From the NCBI GenBank assembly GCA_964016885.1, contig OZ024744.1:112716001-112780000 (forward strand): a DNA stretch of 64,000 nucleotides, given 5' to 3'. The translations under genes were made by a program, and so were the position numbers. Source of the stretch: Eledone cirrhosa (lineage: Eukaryota). Position 1 is the stretch's first letter; the number at the start of each line of letters is the position of its first letter. Below the pieces are notes generated by a model, which did no database searches, was not told the DNA's origin, and saw nothing but the letters and a program-made list of their open reading frames with translations. This document shows, piece by piece, positions 13,358 to 25,655 of this stretch.

Positions 13358-16300
13358 CATCATCATCATCATCATCATCATCAACGTTTAACGTCCGTGT
13401 TCCACGCTTGCATGGGTTTGGACGGGGGTAGTCCCACTTGAGGCAAGAGTGATTGTCTTGCTCGCATAGGACTGTCTGGCGGGTTTTCTACAGTTGGATG
13501 CCCTTCCTAACACCAACCACATTTACAGTGTGGGTCTGGGAGGTTTTTACCGTGTTGCCTACACGGCCACATTACAGCGTGGACTGTGTGTTTTTTTGTC
13601 GTGACACCTACACGATCTCATTTGTTTCGGCCTGGATGGCGCGGCACCAACATAACTTTACATAGAACGGGGTGGTGTGGATGGGGTGTGGGTGGTGGTG
13701 GTGGGACGGGGTGTATTTTGTTAGAGATGCCTACTGGCTGGAGTAGGTTTTACTATATATTTAGGTAAGGCGGGTCTTCTCTGTTACTGAGTACCGCCAA
13801 AGGTCTCGGTCCAGTGACATTGTCTTGGAGAGGTGTAAGTGTGTGAGGTCGGAGTTTATCAGCTCGTCCCAGGTTTTTCTAGGTCTGCCTATTCCGTGGC
13901 TACCGTCTATCTTTATTGCCCTGCACTTTGTTATACAGCTATCGACTTTCATGCGCATCACGTGTCCATACCAACGTAGCCTTCTCTCGAGTAAACAACA
14001 TCTGATCCCTCTTATCTCTAATTTTTTCCTTAGTTCGTTTATGCTTTGCTGTTCACGTATATTACTGTTACACATCCAGCGGAGCATGCAAGCTTCGTTC
14101 CTCTCTAGTCTGCGTATATCCTCTGCACACAATGCCCAGGTCTCACTGCCATGCAACATTGCTGTTCGTATGCAGGCATCGTACAACCTGCCTTTCATTT
14201 TTAGGGAGAACCCTTTAGCAGCTAATAGTGGTATAAGCTCTCTGAACTTTTTCCAACCAGTTCTGACTCTAGCTACAGTACTTTCAGAGCACCCTCCCCC
14301 ACTGCTGATTTTATTGCCCAGGTAACGGAAGCTGTCCACTATTTCTATAGAACCCTCTGCGCAATTGAAAGAGCTAGTATTTTGTGGGCACTTGCTGCTA
14401 CTTATTGCACCAGAACACCGGCCACATGTAAAATCTATGTTCTTAGTTAGCTTACCTGTGATCCCACTACATCTTTTATGCACCCATACTTTGCATTTAG
14501 GACATAAAATGGAGTTTCTACCTACGCCTTTCCTACACACCGAGCACGACCATTTCCCAGAAGGGACCGCCGCCTTGTTTTCTTTCCTACAAACTAGAAC
14601 TTTGGTCTTAGCCAGGTTAATTTTAAGTCCTTTTGACTCTAGGCCGTGCTTCCATGTTTTTGAATTTCTTCTCTAGCTCGGCCATTGTTTCCGCTATGAG
14701 TGTTAGGTCGTCTGCGTATAGGAGTTCCCATGGGCAGCCTGTCTTGAACTCCTCTGTTATAGCCTGAAGGGCAATAATAAATAGTAGGGGGCTGAGAACA
14801 GAGCCCTGATGGACGCCAACTTTTACGCTAAACTCTTCACTATATTCGTTGTTAATTCTAACCTTGCTGACTGTTTCTTTATACATGGCTTGTATAGCCC
14901 TCACAAGCCATTCGTCAATGCCTAGTTTTCTAAGAGCCCACCAGATAATGGAGCGGGGGACTCTGTCGAAGGCTTTCTCCAAGTCGACAAAAGCTAAGTA
15001 GAGGGGTTTACCTTTAGCTAGGTACTTCTCCTGTAGTTGTCGTACTATGAAAAGAGCGTCTGTGGTACTTTTGCCTGACACAAACCCGAACTGCATTTCA
15101 TCTAGGTCAATTCTCTCTCTGATTAGTTGCGCTATTACTTTTTCCGTGACCTTCATGACCTGGTCGGTTAATTTAATGCCTCTATAGTTACGCCTATCTA
15201 GGGCGTCTCCTTTACCCTTATAACAGTTAACGATGATGCTGCTATGCCAGTCCTTCGGAACAACCCCATTCTGTATGACTTGGTTAACTATGCGGGTGAC
15301 CATGGTGTGTCCCACCGTGCCAGATGCCTTCAGCATCTCAGCAACTATTTCCGAAGGCCCAGCCGCCTTACCCGTCTTCATATCCTTGATTGCCTTACTT
15401 ATTATACTCCCATCGACTAACACTGCTGGTCCCTCTATTGGGTCGATATGGAGGAGACTGTCTTTCTCCCATTTATTCTCCTCATTTAGTAGCCTTTCAT
15501 AGTGACACTTCCAAGCTACCTTCTTATCAGAGTCGGTGATGGCAAGTGTGCCATCATCGTGAAGTACACACTTCTCCCCGACAATATCACGGTTTTCCTT
15601 GACGCATTGCCTAGCAATCCTGAACACCTCACGTTTTTGGTCATCGCGTTGTAGAACATGCTTGAACTTTCTTTCCTCAGCTTCCCTTCTTGCTAAGTAC
15701 ACTTCTCTCCTAGCTTCCCTCCTGGCCACTTGATAGTCTACTCTACTTCCCCCATCCCGCCATACTTTCCAAGCCTGCTTTTTGGCCTTAATTGACCCCT
15801 CCACCTTACTGTTCCACCACCATGTTACTCTCCTCCTGCCTACAGGCCTGTTCCAGCCACAGACTTCGTCTGTCGCCAACAGCAGGTTTGCTTTCAGAAA
15901 TTCCCACTGTCCCTCTATATTGTCCGACTCTAAATGTTCTTCCTTACTGTCGAAAGCATCAAGTAATATGCTTTGAAATTTATTTCTGGCTGTGGGGTCC
16001 TTTAGCTTCCATATTTTTCTCCTGAGGATAGTCCTCTTCTGCTGTCGAGTACGTCTCGTCCTGACTATGAGGTCGCTAATTATCAGTCTATGTTGGGAGG
16101 TGCATTCTTCATGGGGGAGGGATTTAGTGTTTACAACAGACACTCTGTCACGTCTTCTGGTAAGGATATAATCTACCTGGCTTGTGTGTTCCCCGGATCT
16201 ATAGGTGATCAGGTGATTGTCACGTTTTTTGAAGTTAGTGTTACAGATAGTTAGGTTATTTGCATCACAGAATTCCAGGATTCTGGAGCCTTCCTCATTT

Positions 16301-17831
16301 CTAGTACCAAACCCATAGCCTCCATGGATTTCGTCGTAGCCGTCACAATGTTGTCCAACGTGACCATTTAGGTCGCCTGCAATAATTATATAGTCACTGT
16401 CAGATATTTGGGAGGTAGTTAGAATCAGTGTCTCATAGAATCTGTCTTTTATAGTGCCGGGCAGTCCGGATTGGGGTGCGTACGCAGATATTACTGTCAC
16501 CGTAGTTCTATTGAGGACAAGTCGTATTTTAATTATTCTGTCGTTCACTCTATTTACGTCTATTATCTTATCTGCCCACTTTTCTGCTACCATGATTCCT
16601 ACTCCACCCAGCCCATCGTCGTTTCCCACCCAGAAAAGCTTATAACATCGTTTTTTACCCTCAATGAATCTAGCAGACCCACCCCTCCACCTGGTCTCTT
16701 GAATACAACAAACATCGACCTCCTTACGTTCAAGCATTTCTACAACCTCGTTAGCGCGACCCTTTAGGGTGCCTACATTTATGGTACCAACTCTGAAGTT
16801 TTGGATTGCGTTTGGAGGGTGGGGGCGGTGGGGGGCGGGGGGAGATGGGGTTATGTTAGCCATCCGCGGACGAAACAAAGAGGAGTGCTCGCATTCTCGT
16901 CCACGAGGTGAATTTGACTTTAACTTTGGCATTTTCGCTCTGAGCGTCCAGATTTTTCTCTCCCTTCCACTCTCCAGGATTCCGCAGTCCATCCATCCAT
17001 CCATGCATCATATATCGAAGGCAACCGGGCAAGCGATAGTATAGGCCTCTGGCTTGTGATTGGTCCGCGTAATAATAATAATGGTGATGCGTGGGGGGGG
17101 GGGGTTCTGGTTTATGATTGGTCTACGTATTAAGAATGGTGGTATGTGGGGGCGAGTGGGAGGGGTGTGGGGGTAGCTAGCTGGAAGGTTATGAATGTTT
17201 AACAAGCGATTAACAAAAACGCAAAACTGCAAGATTTGTTCTGTTCAATACGACAAAAACAACCGTATTTAAATATAAATAAATAACAAAAAATACAGAT
17301 TTCGGATTTTGCAAGATTGGATGTTTGGACTAGGTACGAAATTGAAGCGTGGAGTAGATAGAAAAATGTGTACGTTACGATTACATGGGTACACCGTAGT
17401 AGGAATAATTGAAGCAGCAATGAATTGGCGAAAAGTGAATAAACATGAAGGGGAATTTATCTTATATATATATATATATATATGTAGCTAAGAGAGAGAG
17501 AGAGAGGGGAAGGGGGAGAGAGAGAGTGGCTGACCGCAGCCCCTCGTGAAGTAGATGGAGGGTGAAGGGTGTAGAAGCGGGATTGTTGACTTTCGAAGTA
17601 GCATAATATATATATTTAAAGGAATTTATAAGAAGTAGAATGGGAAGGATTTTGTTTTGTTTGAGAATACGATAGAATTAAGGAATTGGAGAATACGATA
17701 GAATTAAGGAATTGAGGAGCTGGAAGGTTATGAATGTTTAACAAGCGATTAACAAAAAAGCAAAACTGCAAGATTTGTTCTGTTCAATACGACAAAAACA
17801 ACCGTATTTAAACATAAATAAATAACAAAAA
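13358..17831 (-). mobile_element. Apparently full-length RTE-clade LINE with target-site duplication AGTAGT
   Basis: (GAT)n tail at 13358; AGTAGT at 13352-13357 and 17832-17837; the two flanks rejoin into a contiguous inverted 420-bp repeat unit. Confidence 0.85.
13761..17004 (-). CDS. RTE LINE ORF: AP endonuclease + reverse transcriptase + PHD-like finger; one frameshift near 14657-14661
   Basis: APE motifs TINVGTL, CIQETRW, AGDLNGHVG, QVDYIL, SQHR; RT motifs NYRGIKL, FVDLEKAFD, GVHQGSVLSPLLF, YADD, FRYLG; removing one A joins ORFs 14623-17004 and 13761-14540; true start codon uncertain. Confidence 0.9.
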
Positions 17832-17837
17832 AGTAGT

Positions 17838-18117
17838 ATGTATATATATATATACATACATGCACACATATATACATGTACGTATGGATTCACCGAAGAT
17901 TTATTATAATGCTCGGTGTATTTGTAAACAAACATCCCGTATTAAGCCGTAGTGTCTAGCAACCATCGTTGCTCGTTTGTTCAACACTGACAAAGGAAGG
18001 CTGTACTAGTTTCAAGCTTATTAGCTATCATCAGCAACGTATACCTTCCTGCCAGATTATTGAACGTATATACTTACCTTATGCGGCTGAGTAGCCCAAT
18101 TTGCATATCGAATTTGC
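17838..18117 (-). repeat. Inverted partial unit of the 420-bp HHR repeat (continues at 13311-13357 across the RTE insertion)
   Basis: Reverse complement of the array unit; minus-strand HHR at 17998-18040. Confidence 0.9.
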
Positions 18118-19593
18118 ACGTCTGTATACATATGTGTATGTACGTGTACATACTTATATTTAACTAACAGCCGTACTAAGAGTGGGAAGTGAAATTTTGT
18201 TTCATTTTTTTCCGTTTATCGTTTAAGATGCACCCGGCCGATTAACCCACTCGATATGCAAATTGGGCTACTTAGCCGTTAATATGCATAAGGTAAGTAT
18301 ATACGTTCAACAATCTGGCAGGAAGGTATACGTTGCTGATGATAGCTAATAAGCTTGAAACTAGTACAGCCTTCCTTTGTCAGTGTTGAACAAACGAGCA
18401 ACGATGGTTGCTAGATACTACGGCTTAATACGGGATGTTTGTTTACAAACACAGCGAGCCTTATAATAAATGTTTGGTGAATCCATACGTACATGTATAT
18501 ACGTGTGCATGTATGTATATATATATATACATACTACTGTACGTCTATATACATATGTGTATGTAAGTGAACATACTTATATTTAAGTAACAGCCGTACT
18601 AAGAGTGGGGAATGAAATTCCGTTTCATTTTTTCCGTTTATCGTTTTCGGTGCACCCGGCCGATTAACCCACTCGATATGCAAATTGGGCTACTCCGCCG
18701 TTAATATACATAAGGTAAGTATATACGTTCAACAATTTGGCAGGAAGGTATACGTTGCTGATGATAGCTAATAAGCTTGAAACTAGTACAGCGTTCCTTT
18801 GTCAGTGTTGAACAAATGAGCAACGATGGTTGCTAGACACTACGGCTTAATACGGGATGTTTGTTTACAAATGCACCGAGCATTATAATAAATGTTCAGT
18901 GAATCCATACGTACATGTATATATGTGTGCATGTATGTATATATATATACACACTACTGTACGTCTGTATACATATGTGTATGGACGTGTACATACTTAT
19001 ATTTAAGTAACAGCCGTACTAAGGGTGGGAAATGAAATTTTGTTTCATTTTTTTCCATTTATCGTTTTAGGTGCAGCCGGCCGATTAACCCACTCGATAT
19101 GCAAATTGGGCTACTCACCCGTTAATATGCATAAGGTAAGTATATACGTTCAACAGTCTGGCAGGAAGGTATACGTTGCTGACGATAGCTAATAAGTTTG
19201 AAACTAGTATAGCGTTCCTTTGTCAGTGTTGAACAAACGAGCAACGATGGTTGCTAGACACTGCGGCTTAACACGGGATCTTTGTTTACAAACACACCGA
19301 GCTTTATAATAAATGTTCGGTGAATCCATACGTACATGTATATATGTGTGCATGTATTTATATATATATACATACTACTGTACGTCTGTATACATATGTG
19401 TATGTACGTGTACATACTTATATTTAAGTAACAGCCGTACTAAGAGTGGGAAATGAAATTTAGTTTCATTTTTTTCCGTTTATCGTTTTAGGTGCACCCG
19501 GCCGATTAACCCACTCGATATGCAAATTGGGCTACCCACCCGTTAATATGCATAAGGTAAGTATATACGTTCAACAATCTGGCAGGAAGGTAT

Positions 19594-19636
19594 ACGTTGC
19601 TGACGATAGCTAATAAGCTTGAAACTAGTACAGCGT
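19594..19636 (+). ncRNA. Minimal type-I hammerhead ribozyme (representative array copy); predicted cleavage after GUA at 19630
   Basis: ACGTTG-CTGACGA-t-AGCT-aata-AGCT-t-GAAA-CTAG-TA-CAGCGT: stem I, CUGANGA core, stem II, GAAA, palindromic stem III, NUH triplet. Confidence 0.88.
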
Positions 19637-20199
19637 TCCTTTGTCAGTGTTGAACAAACGAACAACGATGGTTGCTAGACACTACGGCTTAATACGGATG
19701 TTTGTCTACAAACACACCGAGCATTATAATAAATGTTCAGTGAATCCATACGTACATGTATATATGTGTGCATGTATTTATATATATATACATACTACTG
19801 TACGTCTGTATACATATGTGTATGTATGTGTACATACGTACATTTGAGTAACAGCCGTACTAAGAGTGGGAAATGACATTTCGTTTCATTTTTTCCCGTT
19901 TATTGTTTTAGGTGCACCCGGCCGATTAAACACCTCGATATGCAAATTGGGCTACTCACCCGTTAATATGCATAAGGTAAGTATATACGTTCAACAATCT
20001 GGCAGGAAGGTATACGTTGCTGACTATAGCTAATAAGCTTGAAACTAGTACAGCGTTCCTTTGTCAGTGTTGAACAAGCGAGCAACGATAGTTGCTAGAC
20101 ACTACGGCTTTATACGGGATGTTTGTTTACAAACACACCGAGCATTATAATAAATGTTCGGTGAATCCATACGTACATGTATATATGTGTGTATGTATG

Positions 20200-20434
20200 T
20201 TTAGCAGTATTAGTTATAGATGTTATCGAGATACGAGTGACATAATAATTATTTCAACAGCAGAAATTAGAGATGAAATATACGTTTATTTTTTGATGTA
20301 GCACAAACAATGGTGTTGTACAGAGGCTGGTTTCTGGCGTGTGATCAGTCGGCTTTCCAGTGGCTGTCTGTCTTTTCTTTCTGGCGTTCTCAACCGGTGT
20401 TGTTCTATCAAGGAGCGTGAGGCATCTTACTACA
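20200..20434 (-). repeat. 3' LTR
   Basis: Direct repeat of 25421-25655; 4 substitutions seen by eye. Confidence 0.95.
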
Positions 20435-20633
20435 GTACCTCGAGCCAGATTTTCAAATTATCGAAAATCGATGTCATTACTCACATGTGGAGTAAGATGG
20501 CGAACAATGCAACAATCGAATCCAGAACAAGGATTTGAGAAATGTTAAAAAAAAACGACATGCATGCATAACAACACAAGGCAAAGAAAAAGCAGAAACA
20601 CAGAGGCAAAAAAAAAGTTGCAGCTAACATAGT

Positions 20634-21919
20634 CTAAATATAGACGGTGCTGCAAAATTTTTTTGGCCAGTGGACCCTACGACCTGAACGGGTCGTGGTC
20701 TTGTAACGTGGCGATGGTGGTGGTGTAGGGACAGGTGATGATGGTGGTTCAGGAACAGGCGTTCGCTCAACAGGCAAATACGAAGGGGTTCGTGGATCAG
20801 GAACCACAGCGTCCGTGTCAAGGTGCGCCTGCTTAAGCCTGTCTAATGTAACTGTCTCCCTGGACCCTTTAATATCTAATGTGAAATGCTTAGCCGAGCG
20901 CGCTAAGACACGGTAAGGTCCAGTGTAAGGCTGTGTGAGCGGGGGCTTCACCGTATCATTCCTTACAAAGACATGCGTCCACGAGGCAATATCCCTCGGG
21001 ACAGCAGTCTTGACAGTTTGTTTCCTAGTGTCCATTGGCGGCAAATCCTGGAAATAGGAGCGCAAACGGGACACGTAGGAAGCGTGATCTTGGGCATCAA
21101 GATCGATAGGGGCAAGCATTTGCCTGGGCAACGTCAGAGGGGCACCGTACAGTACTTCGGCCGGTGAAAATCCAAAGTCGACCTTCACCGTTGACCGAAT
21201 CCCTAGTAGCACAATAGGGAGGTACTCGCTCCAATGCGCCGAGTCCATTGAGGCCATTAAGGAGGCCTTCAGTTGGCGGTGAAAACGCTCCACCATACCA
21301 TTCGAAGCGGGATGGTATGCCGTAGTTTTAATGCGTTTAGCACCAATTAATTTTGACAGCTCGAGGAAAAGGCTCGACTCGAACTGTCGTCCACGGTCGG
21401 TAGTTATTGTGGATGGAACTCCATAACGAGAGATCCATCCAGACAAGAGCACGTGCTGTTGTCTCCGCGGTGATGTTTTTCAAGGGGATGGCCTCAGGCC
21501 ATCTCGAAAAACGGTCAATGACGGTAAGTAGATAAGAAAAACCATCGCTGACAGGCCAAGGTCTCACTATGTCAATATGAATGTGAAAAACGCGCATCTG
21601 GGTTAGCAAAGGTACCCAGGGGAGCCTTGACGTGTCGATGGACCTTTGATCTCTGGCAAGCGACGCAGGAACGGCACCAAGCAGCAATTTCACGCCTCAT
21701 ATTTGGCCAGAAAAATCTAGCTGATATGAGCTTTGCTGTGGCAGAAGATCCTGGATGTGAGATACAATGTAATCCCAGAAACACGGTCCGACGATGATTC
21801 TCTGGAACGAAGGGCCTAGGCACGTCCAAAGAGACGTCGCAGAGAATTTGGCCAACTGCAGTTGACAGAGGCAAGTATTTCATCTCGCAATTCGCAAACT
21901 CGGGCGATGTGACATCCAA
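20634..21919 (-). pseudogene. Gypsy integrase split by frameshifts
   Basis: HCISHPG...CVAC zinc site; HIDIV...[10 protein letters not shown]; [10 protein letters not shown]; NGMVERFH; GPY motif PYTGPYRV; spread over three ORFs. Confidence 0.9.
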
Positions 21920-23808
21920 TGACTCAAGGGGGGCTGATCCGCAGCCAAACGAGTCAGATCTATGTCAGAGGATGACGAGATCGCTGTCACGGGTAAGCGG
22001 GACAAAGCATCAGCCGCTGTATTTAGTGAACCCGGAATGTGCTGGATATCACTCGTATATTGCAAGATGAAATCAAGGTGTCTCGTCTCTCTGGGCGAGT
22101 ATTTATCAGCCTTCGCTCTCAAAGCAAAAGTCAATGGTTTATGGTCAGTGAGGATAGTAAATTGTCTACCCTCTAGCACATGTGAAATATGTTTCACGGC
22201 CAAATAGATGGCTAAAAGCTCTCTTCCAAAGGTGCTGTAGCGCGTCTCAGCAGGATTTAGCTTTTTGGAAAAAAACTCCAGCGGTTGCTGGTAACCATTG
22301 ATGTTTTGCTGTAGTACTGCGCCCACAGCGATATCCGATGCATCAACACAAAGCGTTAGCTTTGCACCGGGTACCGGGTGAGTCAGTAACGAAGCATTAG
22401 CCAAAACAGTTTTGGCGTGCTGAAAATCAGCAAGTTGAGTGTCTGTCAAAGAAATATCTTTGTTCTTCCTCCGACAATTTTTCAAAATTTCTGTCAGGGA
22501 GAAAAGCAATTTTGCACAATTTGGCACAAAACGCCTATAAAAGTTAACCAGACCTAAGAACTGGCGTAACTGACGTAGTGAGGTCGGTGGAGGCAAATTC
22601 TCTATGACCTTAACTCGCTTAGGCCGGGGTCGAATACCGTCAGCATCGATGACGTGACCCAAGAAAGTCAGTGACTCAGCACCAAAAACACATTTGGGTG
22701 CATTAAGCTGCACGTTATACGCCTTCAATCGGCGGAAAAGAAGATTCAAATGGTGCGTATGCTGCTCTGGAGAAGAACTAGCAATGAGCAGGTCGTCAAT
22801 ATAGGTATAGACGAAATCGAGGTCGCGAGTAACCTCATCCATAAACCGCTGAAAAGTACTAGCGGCATTCCTTAATCCGAACAGCATAGTCAAAAACTCG
22901 AACGACCCAAATGGCGTAACTATAGCCATTTTTGGAATGTCATTTTTATGGACAGGAATTTGATGGTACGCACGAATTAAATCCAGTTTGGAGAATATCT
23001 TGCATCCCTGCAACGAAGACGCAAAGTCTTGCAGATGAGGGATAGGATAACGGTCCGGTACCGTTATCGAATTCAGGCGTCGATAATCTCCAGTAGGTCT
23101 CCAATCGCCATTCGCTTTCGGTACCATGTGTAACGGGCTCGTGGACGGACGAATAATACCCATTTGCAGCATATGATCAAACTCTGATCGTGCTGCTTTG
23201 AGTTTGTCCGGAGGCAAGCGACGAGGACGAGAGAAAACAGGAGCACCAGTTATAGATATGAAGTGCTCCGTGGTATGAGTTGGTTCATCAAATCGAAAAT
23301 TTCTCCGAGTCAGTTGCGGGAACGAGTTCAACAACGCAGGGAAAGGATCACCGGTGTTAGCAAGAAAAAATGTCGGGCTAACCGTTGGAACTCCTGCTGC
23401 CTTGCCAACAACAGTTAATCCCGTGATGCCATCAATTAGGCGTTTACCACAAAGGTCCACCGTCAATGAAAAATGGTGGAGAAAATCCGCGCCTAGAATC
23501 GGATACGGCAAGGCAGCGACAGTAAATATCCATTTAAACTCGCGCCGCAGATTACGAAACTGCAAAGGTAACGAGATTTGTCCGAAAGTTTGAATCGGCG
23601 AACAATTTACTGCCTGCAACTCAATAGGCGTCTCAGGGGAAGTCTCCTTCATACAACACACAGGCCATACGGAACAAGCTGCACCTGTGTCAACCAGAAA
23701 AGCTCTACCTGACAGCAGGTCCTCAATGAAAAAGTGGCGGTTAGATGTTTCGCAGAGCGCACTATCCGCCGTTAGTGACTCTGGTCGTCTTTTCCCTCGT
23801 AAGCACAA
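21880..23808 (-). CDS. pol: Gypsy pol (protease, RT, RNase H), probably reached by -1 frameshift from gag
   Basis: FLVDTGA; DYRRLN; YIDD; DASD...ADALSR; slippery G GGA AAA at 23790-23796 in the gag/pol overlap. Confidence 0.92.
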   Translation of the reverse strand: MCLRGKRRPESLTADSALCETSNRHFFIEDLLSGRAFLVDTGAACSVWPVCCMKETSPETPIELQAVNCSPIQTFGQISLPLQFRNLRREFKWIFTVAALPYPILGADFLHHFSLTVDLCGKRLIDGITGLTVVGKAAGVPTVSPTFFLANTGDPFPALLNSFPQLTRRNFRFDEPTHTTEHFISITGAPVFSRPRRLPPDKLKAARSEFDHMLQMGIIRPSTSPLHMVPKANGDWRPTGDYRRLNSITVPDRYPIPHLQDFASSLQGCKIFSKLDLIRAYHQIPVHKNDIPKMAIVTPFGSFEFLTMLFGLRNAASTFQRFMDEVTRDLDFVYTYIDDLLIASSSPEQHTHHLNLLFRRLKAYNVQLNAPKCVFGAESLTFLGHVIDADGIRPRPKRVKVIENLPPPTSLRQLRQFLGLVNFYRRFVPNCAKLLFSLTEILKNCRRKNKDISLTDTQLADFQHAKTVLANASLLTHPVPGAKLTLCVDASDIAVGAVLQQNINGYQQPLEFFSKKLNPAETRYSTFGRELLAIYLAVKHISHVLEGRQFTILTDHKPLTFALRAKADKYSPRETRHLDFILQYTSDIQHIPGSLNTAADALSRLPVTAISSSSDIDLTRLAADQPPLSHWMSHRPSLRIAR

Positions 23809-24548
23809 GGAGGCCTACAACGGGCGGCTTTTTTACCATATCTTTCATGGTAATAACAACATGTTGTTCCTGGTGTGTTGGAAGGGCTACGGTGGCGAGA
23901 AGTTGAATAACGTCGTGAGCGGCTCCTCTGCCGTCCAAAGGACCTGAATTCCTTGCACAACTCCGCCATTTGACGAGTCATGGCTTCCATAGTGGTGATT
24001 AAATTGTCATCAGACGCTGATGAGCGTGATTGAGGAAGAGAAGAGGAAGCAACGTACTTTGGCTTCGAAGTGTCCCTCTTCGTCACCTCTACAATTTTGT
24101 CAGCAGAGACAGCAATGTGATCCAGGGTATTCACCTCTAGCATATGGGCTAGGATCGCCTGTACCTCTTGAGGTAGGCGAGAGAAGAACAATTGCTTCAG
24201 GAAAGGGCTATCCTGATCTTGAGAATCGCTCAAATCCCGCAAATGCCGGAGAAAAGCGGTAGGGGTCCTGTCACCTAATCGTTCATCCTCGATCAATGAC
24301 CGAAAACGACTCTCTACCGACTTACAATTCCTCCTCAAAATCTCGCCCTTCAAAAACTCATACGTCAAGTCAGAGAGGGGGTCTGTAATTAGGTCTTGGA
24401 CCGAATCTGCTAGATTAGGGGGAAGGCCGCTAATCAGTACAGCGAGGCGCTGGTCAGATTCGGTCTTACAGACCGTAAAATACGCCTGTAACTGGGCAAA
24501 CCACATCTTAGGTTTTCCAGTAAAGGCGGGCAAATGTGGTACATTCAT
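23772..24548 (-). CDS. gag: Gypsy gag-like protein
   Basis: LPAF...[10 protein letters not shown]-terminus, [11 protein letters not shown]-terminal [12 protein letters not shown]. Confidence 0.88.
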   Translation of the reverse strand: MNVPHLPAFTGKPKMWFAQLQAYFTVCKTESDQRLAVLISGLPPNLADSVQDLITDPLSDLTYEFLKGEILRRNCKSVESRFRSLIEDERLGDRTPTAFLRHLRDLSDSQDQDSPFLKQLFFSRLPQEVQAILAHMLEVNTLDHIAVSADKIVEVTKRDTSKPKYVASSSLPQSRSSASDDNLITTMEAMTRQMAELCKEFRSFGRQRSRSRRYSTSRHRSPSNTPGTTCCYYHERYGKKAARCRPPCAYEGKDDQSH

Positions 24549-25406
24549 GTCAACTTTTAAAATTAAAACAAATATATATACCTATATATCTAAAGAGCAA
24601 TTAATGTACCCTTGTACAGTGAAAAGAGAACAGCCAATATTGAGAAAAAGTTAAAGGGCAAAAAGAAACAGACATTCAAAACATAAGGAAATATTCAAAA
24701 TACATAAAATACAGATATATATCTTTAAAAAAAAAATTTTCCTTGAACGTCTGTCCCCTCGTGTTGCCTCAACGAACCAGCCAAATCAAATAAGGTAAAA
24801 AAGAGGAGGAAAAAAATGTTTTTATGTTTTTTATTTTTAAATATATCCGCGTTGGATATCAACAAAGGTAGCCAGTGGCTAAAAATCCCTTAGAAAAAGG
24901 TAAGGCATGTATATCCCCATGCGGGGCAGTTATGTTCACAAAAAAAAGTTTAGTCTCTTCTCTCTTGATCAGTCATGGAACACACACGCAATTCAAAAAA
25001 TGTGTCCGTTACAAAACTGGGAAGTAACGCAACGCCGCCTTGGAAAAATACACTTTTTTCTTTTTTCTTCTGTAAGTTGCGAAAAAGTTGGCAACGGAAA
25101 TGAAATATTCAAGTGAATAAAAAAAAATTGCTCTAAATTATCGACACGAATGAATCATTTTGATATTTCCGATGTGTGGTGGTTTGCGTCGGTAAGGCTA
25201 TGAAGCTGCCACTCACTATTCCCTGTTTTGGTCAGTGGTTAAACAATGTTGTCGCTGATGCTGCTGTCGTTGTTGTTGTCGAGTGTAGCAAAAAGTTTCT
25301 TGAAATACTACTAATATTTCAATAATTTTAAAAGGAATATTTTTTATTTTCGCAAGTTGCGAAAAAAGGCCGGCAACGTGAAAAAGAAGGGCTGCGTTAA
25401 ATTCTT

Positions 25407-25419
25407 ACGTCGGTCACCA
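25407..25419 (-). promoter_or_regulatory. Primer-binding site, tRNA-Trp-like with a 2-nt deletion
   Basis: TGGTGACCGACGT one base inside the 5' LTR versus the tRNA-Trp complement TGGTGACCCCGACGT. Confidence 0.7.
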
Positions 25420-25420
25420 C

Positions 25421-25655
25421 TTTAGCAGTATTAGTTATAGATGTTATCGAGATACGAGTGACATAATAATTATTTCAACAGCAGAAATTAGAGATGAAAT
25501 ATACGTTTATTTTTTGATGTAGCACAAACAATGGTGTTCTACAGAGGCTGGTTTCTGGCGTGTGATCCGTCGGCTTTCCAGTGGCTGTCTGTCTTTTCTT
25601 TCTGGCGTTCTCAACCGGCGTTGTTCTATCAAGGAGCGTGAGGCGTCTTACTACA
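25421..25655 (-). repeat. 5' LTR
   Basis: Direct repeat of 20200-20434; adjacent to the PBS. Confidence 0.95.

Larger units (their letters stand above)
20200..25655 (-). mobile_element. Ty3/Gypsy LTR retrotransposon, full length, TSD TATG
   Basis: Two 235-bp LTRs; TATG at 20196-20199 and 25656-25659; gag then PR-RT-RH-IN order. Confidence 0.95.
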
